A stretch of 64,000 nucleotides of DNA, taken from sequence record OR670491.1; one strand, written 5' to 3'. The notes beneath the pieces were generated by a model. The model worked only from the letters and a program-made list of their open reading frames with translations, did no database searches and was not told the DNA's origin. A program made the position numbers and the translations under genes. This document shows positions 27,902 to 36,888 of the stretch, piece after piece (the first letter of the stretch is position 1; each line of letters opens with the position of its first letter).

Positions 27902-28308
27902 TAGTGATTAAATTAGATATGGATATCACACAACTAACACTACGCAAGGATAAGAAGATTTCATATGTTATGATGTTTGATGAAGTCTTTGCTAACAAGT
28001 TGACTGGGTGTGCAATAGAAATTCAAACTTTCTTCATTAATGATGACAGCGTTTATGTTAGTCAAGGTGGTCAGCGTGGATGGTTTGATGAGGTATTCAT
28101 GCAACCATATGATATTCAACCAAGTTATGACTACTACTTTTTAGTACCTGGTGATTATGGAACTGTTATGATTGATGATATCACTGACAGTTGTTATACA
28201 GATTCATTAAAACGCTTGACATTTATGAAGTTTGATCCTACAATGTTTAACAAGTTCACAGTTTACTATCTAGCCGAAGTATTTGATGAAATGATGAAAA
28301 AAGGCTAG
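27898..28308 (+). CDS. hypothetical protein
   Basis: GGGAG RBS, GTG start. Confidence 0.6.
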   Translation: MIVIKLDMDITQLTLRKDKKISYVMMFDEVFANKLTGCAIEIQTFFINDDSVYVSQGGQRGWFDEVFMQPYDIQPSYDYYFLVPGDYGTVMIDDITDSCYTDSLKRLTFMKFDPTMFNKFTVYYLAEVFDEMMKKG

Positions 28309-28333
28309 ACAAACCAAATCAACGTGATATAAT
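28306..28333 (+). promoter_or_regulatory. early promoter
   Basis: TAGACA-16-TATAAT with TGn. Confidence 0.65.
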
Positions 28334-28364
28334 ACTCACACATTAACAGCAGAGGAAATTAACA

Positions 28365-29060
28365 ATGGTTGAACAATTTATGTTTGGTGGTTATGCAAAT
28401 GGTGAAGTACGTAACATTTCTATTCCTTATGTTGTAGAAAAAGTTAACGGTTCAGAACGCACATATGACTTGGCATCTCGTATGATGCAAGACCGTATCC
28501 TATTCTTGGATACCGATTTCAACGACCAGATGGCACACATTATCAAACAACAATTGGTATGGCTTGATTCACAAGGTGATTCTCCAATCACTATGTATAT
28601 CTCGTCCCCAGGCGGTTCAGTTCACGCTGGTTTGGGTATTGCTGATGTTGCAAAATCCTGTATCTCTCCAATTCGTACTGTTGTTATGGGTTATGCTGCT
28701 TCTATGGGTTGCTATACTCAATCAGTACTGGGTACTAAGGGTTATCGTCTAGGTGGTAAGCGTTCATTCTTCATGTGTCACCAAGTAAGTTCTGGTACAC
28801 AGGGTTTGATTACTGACCAGAAGATTTCTTTGAGGCATTCTGACTCTCTGAACACGCTTCTAACGAAAGAAATCGCTGAAGCAGTAGGTGTGTCTCATGA
28901 ACAACTTCTGAAAGACGCAGACCGTGATTTGTGGCTAAATGCAGAAGAAGCACTTGAGTACGGCGAACATGGTTTCATTGATGGTATCATCCTTGGGCCA
29001 CGTGATGAAGCTGGTAAGTACCTTGTTAAGCGTCGTGGCGGCGTGGAAGAGTGGGTGTAA
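28365..29060 (+). CDS. clpP: ClpP-family protease
   Basis: DRILFL, YISSPGGSV, AASMG (Ser), CHQ (His), DRD (Asp): catalytic triad intact. Confidence 0.92.
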   Translation: MVEQFMFGGYANGEVRNISIPYVVEKVNGSERTYDLASRMMQDRILFLDTDFNDQMAHIIKQQLVWLDSQGDSPITMYISSPGGSVHAGLGIADVAKSCISPIRTVVMGYAASMGCYTQSVLGTKGYRLGGKRSFFMCHQVSSGTQGLITDQKISLRHSDSLNTLLTKEIAEAVGVSHEQLLKDADRDLWLNAEEALEYGEHGFIDGIILGPRDEAGKYLVKRRGGVEEWV

Positions 29061-29122
29061 TTGGTTGAGTATTGTGCCTCGAATTGAGGCACATTATTGA
29101 TATTTTATTGAGGTAATTTCAA

Positions 29123-29407
29123 ATGACAAAAGTACTCGTTCGTAATAACAGTACTGAAGAAGTTCAAGTACTCGATGATTCAGAATTCATTGATGTAGCA
29201 CTAACTCAAATGTCCGAAGCTGCATTGTCAGTTAAAGGATGTACACAGTCTGAAGAACTGCTTGATGGTTTAGCTGTAGTTCTTGAACTAATGCAAGAAG
29301 TACTTGCAAAAAATAACATCAATCCAATTAACGTTGTGACACATGCAACCAATCTACGTAATGAGTTTGGTTCATTCAGTGACAAAAAAGCATCCACTAA
29401 AGAATAA
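29123..29407 (+). CDS. degenerate MazG-like NTP pyrophosphohydrolase homolog
   Basis: KVLVR start, EELLD..AVVLE and C-terminal R.EFGSF follow the COG4997-type layout. Confidence 0.4.
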   Translation: MTKVLVRNNSTEEVQVLDDSEFIDVALTQMSEAALSVKGCTQSEELLDGLAVVLELMQEVLAKNNINPINVVTHATNLRNEFGSFSDKKASTKE

Positions 29408-29421
29408 GGAATAATAAGACA

Positions 29422-29865
29422 ATGGCTAATGATCAATACAAAGATGGACTAGAAGCATTCAAAGCAAAAGTAGTTCTAACTAATGAACAACTAAAAATGC
29501 AGCATCCACGATTCCGTCAGGGTTATCGTTCTGCACAAGAAGCAGCGATGAAGAAAAACAATCCAACGTTCCCTACAGCATTGTTTGATATTCCTAAACG
29601 TCCTGAAGTGTTTAAGGTCGAATGGACAGACATTATGGCTGCGACCAAACGACCTCGTTTTGCAAAACTTCATACCGATGAAGGTCGCTGGATGCTCATG
29701 GAAATCATGAAAGCAGTAGAAAAACAAGCCGACAAAATCGTTCGTTATAAAGATGTAGTGAATATGGTAGACAAAGCGTTTAACATTATCCTACAGTACG
29801 GTTACGATGAAGGTGTACTGACCGTAACTGATTGCGAACAGTACGATTTCGTACCAGTACAATAA
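29422..29865 (+). CDS. hypothetical protein
   Basis: AAGGA RBS, 147 aa. Confidence 0.75.
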   Translation: MANDQYKDGLEAFKAKVVLTNEQLKMQHPRFRQGYRSAQEAAMKKNNPTFPTALFDIPKRPEVFKVEWTDIMAATKRPRFAKLHTDEGRWMLMEIMKAVEKQADKIVRYKDVVNMVDKAFNIILQYGYDEGVLTVTDCEQYDFVPVQ

Positions 29866-29872
29866 TCTTTTA

Positions 29873-29898
29873 AGGGAGTCTTTATGGCTCCCTATTCT
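29873..29898 (+). terminator. probable terminator
   Basis: agggagtc/ggctccct stem. Confidence 0.55.
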
Positions 29899-30013
29899 CA
29901 TATGAGGAATATATGGAACTTTTAGTGCGGATATACATAAATCATTGTACAAAAATTGTCACTTTTGGGGTAAATACCGAAGGGTAACAGTTTTATAACA
30001 AGGTAGGTGGCAT

Positions 30014-30529
30014 ATGCAACACAAACTAAGTGAAGATCAAAGTGATGTTTTCTTACACCATATGTTTATAATTGATAAGTTTTTTGAGGGATTAAATGCG
30101 GAAGCAACTGCAATAATTAAGAAGTGGTATAAAGCTTATAAAAGAAATAAGAAATGGTATTGGTTGAATCGTGATATGGATTCTTTTATCCGAAAAATCA
30201 CATACAAAGACACCATAGAATTGAAACGTAGTTCTATGGGTTATAGCTATCTTTCTAAAACTCACGAAGAATCATGGAATATTGGGGTTAAAGTATCCGT
30301 TGTAGTTGATATGACCGGATTACCACAATCTGTTATCCAGGAAGAAACTGAGAAGTTATGGAAGATAGTAGAGTTCATGCACGATAACATTTCATTCGTT
30401 TATAAGAATTTCGATGCTTTTACTGACATAAAAGCGTACAATAGAAGCCCATATGTTCTTAGTGATAAACTTTATCATCACATGGAACTATGTAAGGCTT
30501 ATGTGAAGGAATGGAATCTAGAGGAATAA
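30014..30529 (+). CDS. hypothetical protein
   Basis: 171-aa ORF. Confidence 0.7.
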   Translation: MQHKLSEDQSDVFLHHMFIIDKFFEGLNAEATAIIKKWYKAYKRNKKWYWLNRDMDSFIRKITYKDTIELKRSSMGYSYLSKTHEESWNIGVKVSVVVDMTGLPQSVIQEETEKLWKIVEFMHDNISFVYKNFDAFTDIKAYNRSPYVLSDKLYHHMELCKAYVKEWNLEE

Positions 30530-30530
30530 A

Positions 30531-31055
30531 ATGAAATATACAGTACTGTCAGCACAAGACACAGAGATATGGCTTGGTAACGTATTAAAAACACTGATGG
30601 TTATAAAGAAGTTGATTTCATCTATCGGTGCTATTGAGACTAATCTCAAGCAAGATATCTTAAATGACTTCCACCGAAACGCGTACATGAAGTTCTACTC
30701 CAATATGTTCTATGGACTTTATGATTCTGATGATATCTGCATTTTTCCAAGTGGGAAAGCATGGTCATTAAACAGTGCATGTTTCAGTGATCTAAGGTAC
30801 AGTTTAACCCAAGAACAAGTGGATGCAAGAAAATACTTGGAACAAATCATGGATGATGGTACAATTACTTTCGTATCGGAAATCAGTCATTGCTGGAATG
30901 TCTATGCAGACAAACCATTCAATATTTCAGAAGAAGATATCATCAATTACACCCGCATCATGAGAATTCATGAATGTGTTAAAATGGCATTAAAAGATAT
31001 AGGACTATACGATGAAGCATGTAACTTGGATGAAGATAGCAGAAGTAGTAGCTGA
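30531..31055 (+). CDS. hypothetical protein
   Basis: GAGGA RBS. Confidence 0.7.
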   Translation: MKYTVLSAQDTEIWLGNVLKTLMVIKKLISSIGAIETNLKQDILNDFHRNAYMKFYSNMFYGLYDSDDICIFPSGKAWSLNSACFSDLRYSLTQEQVDARKYLEQIMDDGTITFVSEISHCWNVYADKPFNISEEDIINYTRIMRIHECVKMALKDIGLYDEACNLDEDSRSSS

Positions 31056-31488
31056 GGAAAGTAAGTGTCTTTCCCAGCACGTAGGTTGTGTAATCGTCAA
31101 GAATGACCGAGTGTTAAGTACTGGATACAATGGTACTCCATCTAAGCAGGTAAACTGTTGTGATGCGAATGCAAATTTGGTTCACGATGGTAAGTTTCAA
31201 GATTGGGTATCTGAGGATGCAAAACATGAACACCATGAGTGGAGTAATCTCCATGAGATTCATGCTGAGATGAATGCAATTCTTTACAGTTCTCCTACAG
31301 AACGTCAAGGTGCAACACTTTACAGTACTCTCCAACCGTGTTATACTTGTTCTAAGTTAATCGCTGGAAGTGGTATTAAGCGTGTTATCTATATGAAAAG
31401 CTACCCAAGAACTCCAGCAGAAGCCATCAAAGTACTGGAAGATGCTGGGATTGAAGTTAACTGTATTTTTGACATGGGATTAAAATAA
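31012..31488 (+). CDS. dCMP deaminase
   Basis: VGCVIVK, STGYNGTP, HAEMNAI, PCYTC. Confidence 0.92.
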   Translation: MKHVTWMKIAEVVAEESKCLSQHVGCVIVKNDRVLSTGYNGTPSKQVNCCDANANLVHDGKFQDWVSEDAKHEHHEWSNLHEIHAEMNAILYSSPTERQGATLYSTLQPCYTCSKLIAGSGIKRVIYMKSYPRTPAEAIKVLEDAGIEVNCIFDMGLK

Positions 31489-31787
31489 TGATTCAAGCTT
31501 TTGTTTTTCTTGGTCTGGGGTCGTTCTTACTAATCGTGTGGGTTATTGTTTGTTCTATCATATCAGTAACTGACAGTCCACATAAGATTAAAAAATATGA
31601 GGTTCGTTATGAACCAAAAAACAATAAGTACTATATCGTTCGAACATTCTGCTACTTAGATAAAGAAGAACGCATTCGTGGACGTTTGAGACTAACGATT
31701 TATTATAAAGATATCTCGAAAGCATCATATGTGTGTGAATTACTGAATAAAGATTACAGTGCGATTTCTGGTAATACTGAACTATAA
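31488..31787 (+). CDS. N-terminally anchored membrane protein
   Basis: hydrophobic N-terminal helix. Confidence 0.6.
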   Translation: MIQAFVFLGLGSFLLIVWVIVCSIISVTDSPHKIKKYEVRYEPKNNKYYIVRTFCYLDKEERIRGRLRLTIYYKDISKASYVCELLNKDYSAISGNTEL

Positions 31788-31790
31788 AAG

Positions 31791-31817
31791 AAAAAGGAGC
31801 CATAAGGCTCCTTTTTT
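31791..31817 (+). terminator. intrinsic terminator
   Basis: aaaaaggagc/gctccttttt. Confidence 0.8.
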
Positions 31818-31939
31818 GTTATTTAAAAACTATGAATGTAAATGTTAATAGAATGGTCTATTTGTGAAAAATTGGTACATTAGAAGTACTGTAATGTAGT
31901 TATATCTCACCCTGTTCGTTAAGAGATAATAAATTTAGT

Positions 31940-31968
31940 TTGACTTAAGGGAAACTTCCATGTATCAT
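31940..31968 (+). promoter_or_regulatory. sigma70-type promoter
   Basis: TTGACT-17-TATCAT. Confidence 0.55.
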
Positions 31969-32022
31969 TACTTCATCGTCTTAGAAACACATGGCGATTG
32001 ATGCACAAGTGAACTATAAGTG

Positions 32023-32051
32023 TTGACTTATGGCAAATCTAGTGATACAAT
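32023..32051 (+). promoter_or_regulatory. sigma70-type promoter
   Basis: TTGACT-17-TACAAT with TGn. Confidence 0.65.
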
Positions 32052-32080
32052 GCAAGAAACAACATAAAGAGGGCAAAAAA

Positions 32081-32692
32081 GTGTATCGATTCATGAAGGA
32101 AGTGTTTCAAGCAGTTATCGTTATGATGCTTATCAATTTCCCATGCAGTGCAGGTGTGGAACGAACAAGTGTCATGCGATATTATGAGGAACCTAATGCT
32201 CTGGTGGTTATATCAGAGTTAACGGATGGTTCTGCTGACCGTATAATCAATTTTTACGATAAGACCCCATTCAAAACATTAATCATTACATCTCCAGGTG
32301 GGAGTGTAGATGCAGGTCTGAAATTGGGTTCTTTAGTGAAAGAAAATGGAATTCAAGTGATTGTTGTAAAGTACTGCAACTCTGCATGTTCCCTCGTGTA
32401 CTTCAGTTCACCGAAGGATAAGAGACTAATGGAAGATGATTCAGTACTTGGACTACATAACGTTTCAATTGAAAGCAAAGGGGGTGATGGTGATAACACT
32501 TATGTGACTATTCGACAGTTGAAGCAGTTCACAGAGGAATTGTCATCTAAAGTAGGTTTTATGTTTACGTTGTACGCCAGTAATGGTATTCCTACAAACG
32601 TACTAATGCGTATCGCAACTGCACGTGGTGATGATGTAATTGTTGTCACTAAAAAAGAATTAGAAGTTTGGGAAGCATCAATCCCTGACTGA
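32081..32692 (+). CDS. exported ClpP/crotonase-like protein
   Basis: GTG at 32081 after AGAGGG; signal-like N-terminus; ITSPGGSV, CNSAC, LGLH. Confidence 0.65.
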   Translation: MYRFMKEVFQAVIVMMLINFPCSAGVERTSVMRYYEEPNALVVISELTDGSADRIINFYDKTPFKTLIITSPGGSVDAGLKLGSLVKENGIQVIVVKYCNSACSLVYFSSPKDKRLMEDDSVLGLHNVSIESKGGDGDNTYVTIRQLKQFTEELSSKVGFMFTLYASNGIPTNVLMRIATARGDDVIVVTKKELEVWEASIPD

Positions 32693-32765
32693 TTATAATT
32701 ACAAGAGGATGATATGTGTTGTACTCCCCTTGTAAAAAACATATAAAATACACTGGGATATTAAT

Positions 32766-33026
32766 ATGAGCACATTGCTTGATTGGATTTCAATCCTTTA
32801 TTATTCAATTTTAGTTTTATACAGTTTCACTATTCTACTTTCCGTTGGAATGTATAAAGAATTTCGTAATGGTTTTTTGAATGAAAAAACTAATAAGTTT
32901 GCTTCTAAATTCGAAGCAGTACTTTATTATTGTTTAGCTTCTGGATACATTACCTGTTTAGTACTAATGGGTATTCTTATGTATTTTATGGGAACCATTT
33001 TACAAGTTCTTCCATCTCTAAGTTAA
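32766..33026 (+). CDS. membrane protein
   Basis: two TM segments. Confidence 0.6.
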   Translation: MSTLLDWISILYYSILVLYSFTILLSVGMYKEFRNGFLNEKTNKFASKFEAVLYYCLASGYITCLVLMGILMYFMGTILQVLPSLS

Positions 33027-33032
33027 GTGAAT

Positions 33033-33060
33033 AAAAAAGGGAGCATAAGCTCCCTTTTCT
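33033..33060. terminator. bidirectional terminator between convergent genes
   Basis: aaaagggagc ataa gctccctttt. Confidence 0.8.
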
Positions 33061-33063
33061 AAT

Positions 33064-33972
33064 TTAAGCTGCACTTACAACATAAGTACATTCAGCAGTA
33101 TGTGAACCATCAACTGTAGTTACGATAACACTAGCATTACCTTCACCAACTAATGTCACTAAACCTGCATTTGATACAGTAAGAACTTCATCGTTAGTAC
33201 TTGACCATACAACATCTTTGTTAGCTGCATTTACTGGGAGTACAGTTGCAATTAGTGTTTCGGTTCCACCAATTGGGCCATTACTTGATGTTTTACTTAA
33301 AGTAACACCAGTAACTGGGGTATTGACAACATATGCACAAGATGCTACTTTAGAACCATCAACTGTTGTTGCGTTGACTGTTGCTGAACCGTTACCAACT
33401 AGAGTTACTAATCCAGAATTAGACACGGTGAGTACTGCGTCATTAGTACTTGACCATACAACTGATTTATTTGTTGCATTTTCAGGTAATACAGTTGCAA
33501 CTAGTGTTTCAGAACCACCAATCTGACCATTACTAGAATTTTTATTCAATGAAATACTTTCGACTGGAACAACAACTGCGACATACTTAGTCGCGTACTT
33601 ACCAGTTTGTACTTCATTGCCATTAGTAAGAATTACTTTATGGGTGAAAAATTTATATGCAAAACCGAGTGCTTCCATAGTTGTTGCATCATAAACTTTA
33701 ACAGCGAATTCATCACGACCAAGTGCACTTGCAATTTCTTGGGCAGTGGCTGATAAATCAAGTAGGTTACGATTTTTATCTCGACCAACCATTGATACTC
33801 TTTGATAAACAGTAGTTGAATCACTATCAACTAAGTCAAACATGCGAGTACTACACTCGTTGATAATGTATAGTTCTTTATCAATTTCTTGAGCACTGTG
33901 ATCAGTTGCTGCAAAAACACAGATACCACCAACGTTGAATGGCAATTCACCAAATTTAGCTATAGGCTTCAT
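33064..33972 (-). CDS. virion protein with two tandem Ig-like (Big_2) domains
   Basis: two ~83-aa repeats (ETLVATVLPENATNKSVVWSS / ETLIATVLPVNAANKDVVWSS); AGGAG RBS; late promoter upstream. Confidence 0.85.
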   Translation of the reverse strand: MKPIAKFGELPFNVGGICVFAATDHSAQEIDKELYIINECSTRMFDLVDSDSTTVYQRVSMVGRDKNRNLLDLSATAQEIASALGRDEFAVKVYDATTMEALGFAYKFFTHKVILTNGNEVQTGKYATKYVAVVVPVESISLNKNSSNGQIGGSETLVATVLPENATNKSVVWSSTNDAVLTVSNSGLVTLVGNGSATVNATTVDGSKVASCAYVVNTPVTGVTLSKTSSNGPIGGTETLIATVLPVNAANKDVVWSSTNDEVLTVSNAGLVTLVGEGNASVIVTTVDGSHTAECTYVVSAA

Positions 33973-34003
33973 TTGCTTCTCCTATCAATAGAATTATTTT
34001 AAT

Positions 34004-34011
34004 TATTTATA
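34004..34011 (-). promoter_or_regulatory. T4-type late promoter
   Basis: TATAAATA on the - strand, ~30 nt upstream of the Ig-protein start. Confidence 0.7.
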
Positions 34012-34020
34012 AAATTCAGG

Positions 34021-34049
34021 TTGACAAACATCAACAATCCTAATACAAT
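34021..34049 (+). promoter_or_regulatory. sigma70-type promoter
   Basis: TTGACA-17-TACAAT. Confidence 0.75.
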
Positions 34050-34080
34050 AGTACTAAATCCAACCGAATAGGAATAAGAC

Positions 34081-34683
34081 ATGACTTGCATCATCGCTCA
34101 CGCAACACGTACTTCATCGTTTATTGCTGCTGACAAGTTAGGTAGCAATAACTTTACAAAAGCAATCCAATCTGAGCCAAAGATCTTTGAGAAAGAGTTC
34201 GATTCTCGTGTATTGGAAGAAGGGTTTATCCCAACAATTCACAAAGATACCATGACAATCGGATACACTACATCGTTCCGTATGGGACAGTTGTTGGAAC
34301 ATTGTCTTGTTCTACCAGAGAAGCAACCAACCCAATCGTTCAAGGAATATCTAGTACAATCAGTAGTTCCAGCTATCCGCACTTTATTCCGTGAAGAATG
34401 GGGTTCTCGTGCCGATAATCAAGATGTAGGTGGTGGTCAGTTCATCATCCTTCATAAGCACAAGATCTATGAAATTCATGAAGACTTCTGTGTACTTGAA
34501 CCAAAAAACAACATCAGTGCAGTTGGTAGTGGTGCATATCATGCAATTGCAGCAATGGCAGCTTATCTAACAGTTGAAACTGAAACTGAAGTTCCATTGG
34601 TTGACCGTATTGGTTCGATCTTTGATATCGTCAGCGATCATGTTGTTAGCGTGAGTTTTGAGCATGACATTCTAAAATACTAA
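34081..34683 (+). CDS. Ntn-hydrolase, HslV/proteasome-beta-like peptidase
   Basis: MTCII (Thr nucleophile), AAD, KIF, AVGSGA motifs. Confidence 0.7.
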   Translation: MTCIIAHATRTSSFIAADKLGSNNFTKAIQSEPKIFEKEFDSRVLEEGFIPTIHKDTMTIGYTTSFRMGQLLEHCLVLPEKQPTQSFKEYLVQSVVPAIRTLFREEWGSRADNQDVGGGQFIILHKHKIYEIHEDFCVLEPKNNISAVGSGAYHAIAAMAAYLTVETETEVPLVDRIGSIFDIVSDHVVSVSFEHDILKY

Positions 34684-34711
34684 TAGGTGCACTAATATAA
34701 TAAGAGAGTAC

Positions 34712-34906
34712 ATGATGACATGGGATATTCTTGACATTGTTTTGCAGTTCTTGATGATTTTGATTGCAGTTGTTTGGTACAATCACATTGTTCTGTTATA
34801 TAATGAAGTTCGTAGTACTAAAGCAGATAAACATTTGACGTACCACATTTCAATCATCGTAAGTGCTTCAATTGTTCTTCTAACGAACTATTTGTTTGCA
34901 CGTTGA
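34712..34906 (+). CDS. small membrane protein
   Basis: two hydrophobic segments. Confidence 0.55.
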   Translation: MMTWDILDIVLQFLMILIAVVWYNHIVLLYNEVRSTKADKHLTYHISIIVSASIVLLTNYLFAR

Positions 34907-34917
34907 AAGGTCAACAT

Positions 34918-35670
34918 ATGTCTACACAATCCTTTTTAGAAAAAGCAGGGGAAAAACGTTTACTGATAATCAGCGGGGCTGGGTTATCGGTTGAAAGTGG
35001 GATGGAGCCATTTCGTTTTGATGATGGCTTATGGGATAACTTTCAAATCAATGACGTGTGTAATATTGCACGTCTTAGTTCCAAATATCATATAGTACAT
35101 GCATTCTATAATACTCTAAGAGTAAAATTAGGTTCGTGTGAACCAAATGCAATGCACTATTACATCAAATCATTAGAGGATCAGTACAAAGATAATTTCT
35201 TACACATGACCTCCAATATGGATGATTTGTACACTCGAATCGGTGGAACCGAGTTGAAGCTTCATGGTAATCTACGAGAAGTTATTAAAAACTACTCAAT
35301 CAATAGTGATGACTATGAAGTAATTGACTGTGGTTATGAACCGTTCATTCCAGAGACTGATGTGTTCTCTAAACCAAATGTTGTTATGATTGGTGAATAT
35401 CATCGTTATGTGGATGGGAACCGTCTTCCTATCTACGAAGAACGAAATGAAGTGTTGCGTAGTCTTACTGAAAATGATACAGTAATTGTTATTGGGAGCA
35501 GTGATACAGTACTGGTATGGTCCAGACTAGCTGGGGCGTTACCTTGTTATAGTGTTACTGTTAACGTCAGAAAGAATGACAATGACTTCCTATTCAATGA
35601 ACGTATCATTAAGCCAGCAACTAAAGCAATTCCAGTACTGGAGCCAATCATTAAGGAAAGAATGAAATGA
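34918..35670 (+). CDS. Sir2/CobB-like NAD-dependent enzyme
   Basis: SGAGLSVESG, FR..DGLW, TSNMDDL, LHGNL, KPNVVMIGE, VIGSS. Confidence 0.85.
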   Translation: MSTQSFLEKAGEKRLLIISGAGLSVESGMEPFRFDDGLWDNFQINDVCNIARLSSKYHIVHAFYNTLRVKLGSCEPNAMHYYIKSLEDQYKDNFLHMTSNMDDLYTRIGGTELKLHGNLREVIKNYSINSDDYEVIDCGYEPFIPETDVFSKPNVVMIGEYHRYVDGNRLPIYEERNEVLRSLTENDTVIVIGSSDTVLVWSRLAGALPCYSVTVNVRKNDNDFLFNERIIKPATKAIPVLEPIIKERMK

Positions 35671-36224
35671 GTTTGAGAGAAGTACCACTCGGAGAATTTG
35701 GCAAACAAGCAAACTTTGTATTCTGTTACTTCTTTGCACGAAATTGTAATCCATATGAGAATTACGAGTTGAATGATATTCCAGTAGTTAATCTGGTACT
35801 CCTTCAACTCCGTTGGGATGGGTTGATGGGTGGATGTGGAGGAACAGTTGAAGATTCTGATACTTCACTTGAAGCTGCGTTGAAGCGTGAAATCCAAGAA
35901 GAAATGGATTATAATATTTCCATTGAACAGTTGAAACCTCTAAAGACGTTTGAATTGTTCCCTGGTGCTAACACTCATAGCTTCAGTTATGAAGTCACAT
36001 ATGATGAGTTGAAAGCGATTCGTGACGGGTACAGTACTGCTAAACATGCCAGTGCTGAAGTAGCGGGTGTAAATTTATGTCACATTTCTCGATATTCTAA
36101 GGGAAAAAATCGAGAAGCAGGATATAATAATCTCATGACACAAAACTTCATTGGAACAGCTAAGGAAGAATTGCAGTACTTAGTTGAAAATGAAAACTTA
36201 CTTATCAGTTACTTACAAGGGTAG
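35667..36224 (+). CDS. NUDT16-like Nudix hydrolase
   Basis: LQLRWDG, GG.VE..D.SLE.AL.REI.EE Nudix box, AKH..AEV.G, NFIGTAKEEL parallel NUDT16 (MQMRFDG...SFIGSAREQL). Confidence 0.8.
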   Translation: MSLREVPLGEFGKQANFVFCYFFARNCNPYENYELNDIPVVNLVLLQLRWDGLMGGCGGTVEDSDTSLEAALKREIQEEMDYNISIEQLKPLKTFELFPGANTHSFSYEVTYDELKAIRDGYSTAKHASAEVAGVNLCHISRYSKGKNREAGYNNLMTQNFIGTAKEELQYLVENENLLISYLQG

Positions 36225-36230
36225 AACAAA

Positions 36231-36551
36231 ATGTCATATGAAATGTTCCTCGATGATATTCGTAACCCAGGATACTATTATCCAGGTCGTTCGATGGTTG
36301 TATGTCGTGATTTTAAAAGTGCATGTAAACAAGTTGAAAAATTTGGTATTCCATCATTTATTTCATTCGATCACGATTTGGGCGACATGAATTATGATGA
36401 AAAAACTGGGTATTCCTTCGCTAAATGGATTATTGATTATATGTTTGAGCACGAAATCAAAACACCTTTTGCATTTCATGTTCACAGTAGTAATCCAGTT
36501 GGTAAAGTGAATATCGAACATTACCTTAACAATGCATTCGAAAATTTATGA
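36231..36551 (+). CDS. cyclic-phosphate-processing receiver-like protein
   Basis: FLDDIR, ISFDHDLG, TGY, HSSNPVG. Confidence 0.8.
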   Translation: MSYEMFLDDIRNPGYYYPGRSMVVCRDFKSACKQVEKFGIPSFISFDHDLGDMNYDEKTGYSFAKWIIDYMFEHEIKTPFAFHVHSSNPVGKVNIEHYLNNAFENL

Positions 36552-36838
36552 AACAGTTAATTATAAGTGCATTAATAACAATAGCGTTATGTACGGTGTG
36601 TATTCTAATTTTGAATTATATTGACCAAAATTCAAAACAGAATGAACACTTTCAGTCCGCTGTAGTAATTTCATTAGGTCAGTGCAGTAAAAGTGCATGT
36701 TCTTTCACTTACAAAACCGAAGATGGTTATGTAATGTCTGGACTGTCAGAAAAACCAGTATCGATTGGTCAGATTGTTTACCAAAAGTGCTGGGAAACTA
36801 AAGTGCGAGGTCATGCTTGTAGTGATTTCGTGCAATAA
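36548..36838 (+). CDS. membrane-anchored Cys-rich protein
   Basis: N-terminal TM segment. Confidence 0.65.
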   Translation: MKQLIISALITIALCTVCILILNYIDQNSKQNEHFQSAVVISLGQCSKSACSFTYKTEDGYVMSGLSEKPVSIGQIVYQKCWETKVRGHACSDFVQ

Positions 36839-36888
36839 GTAATCTACCAATCGAGTACAAGGATGTACTCATAACTCAAGGATGTTTT

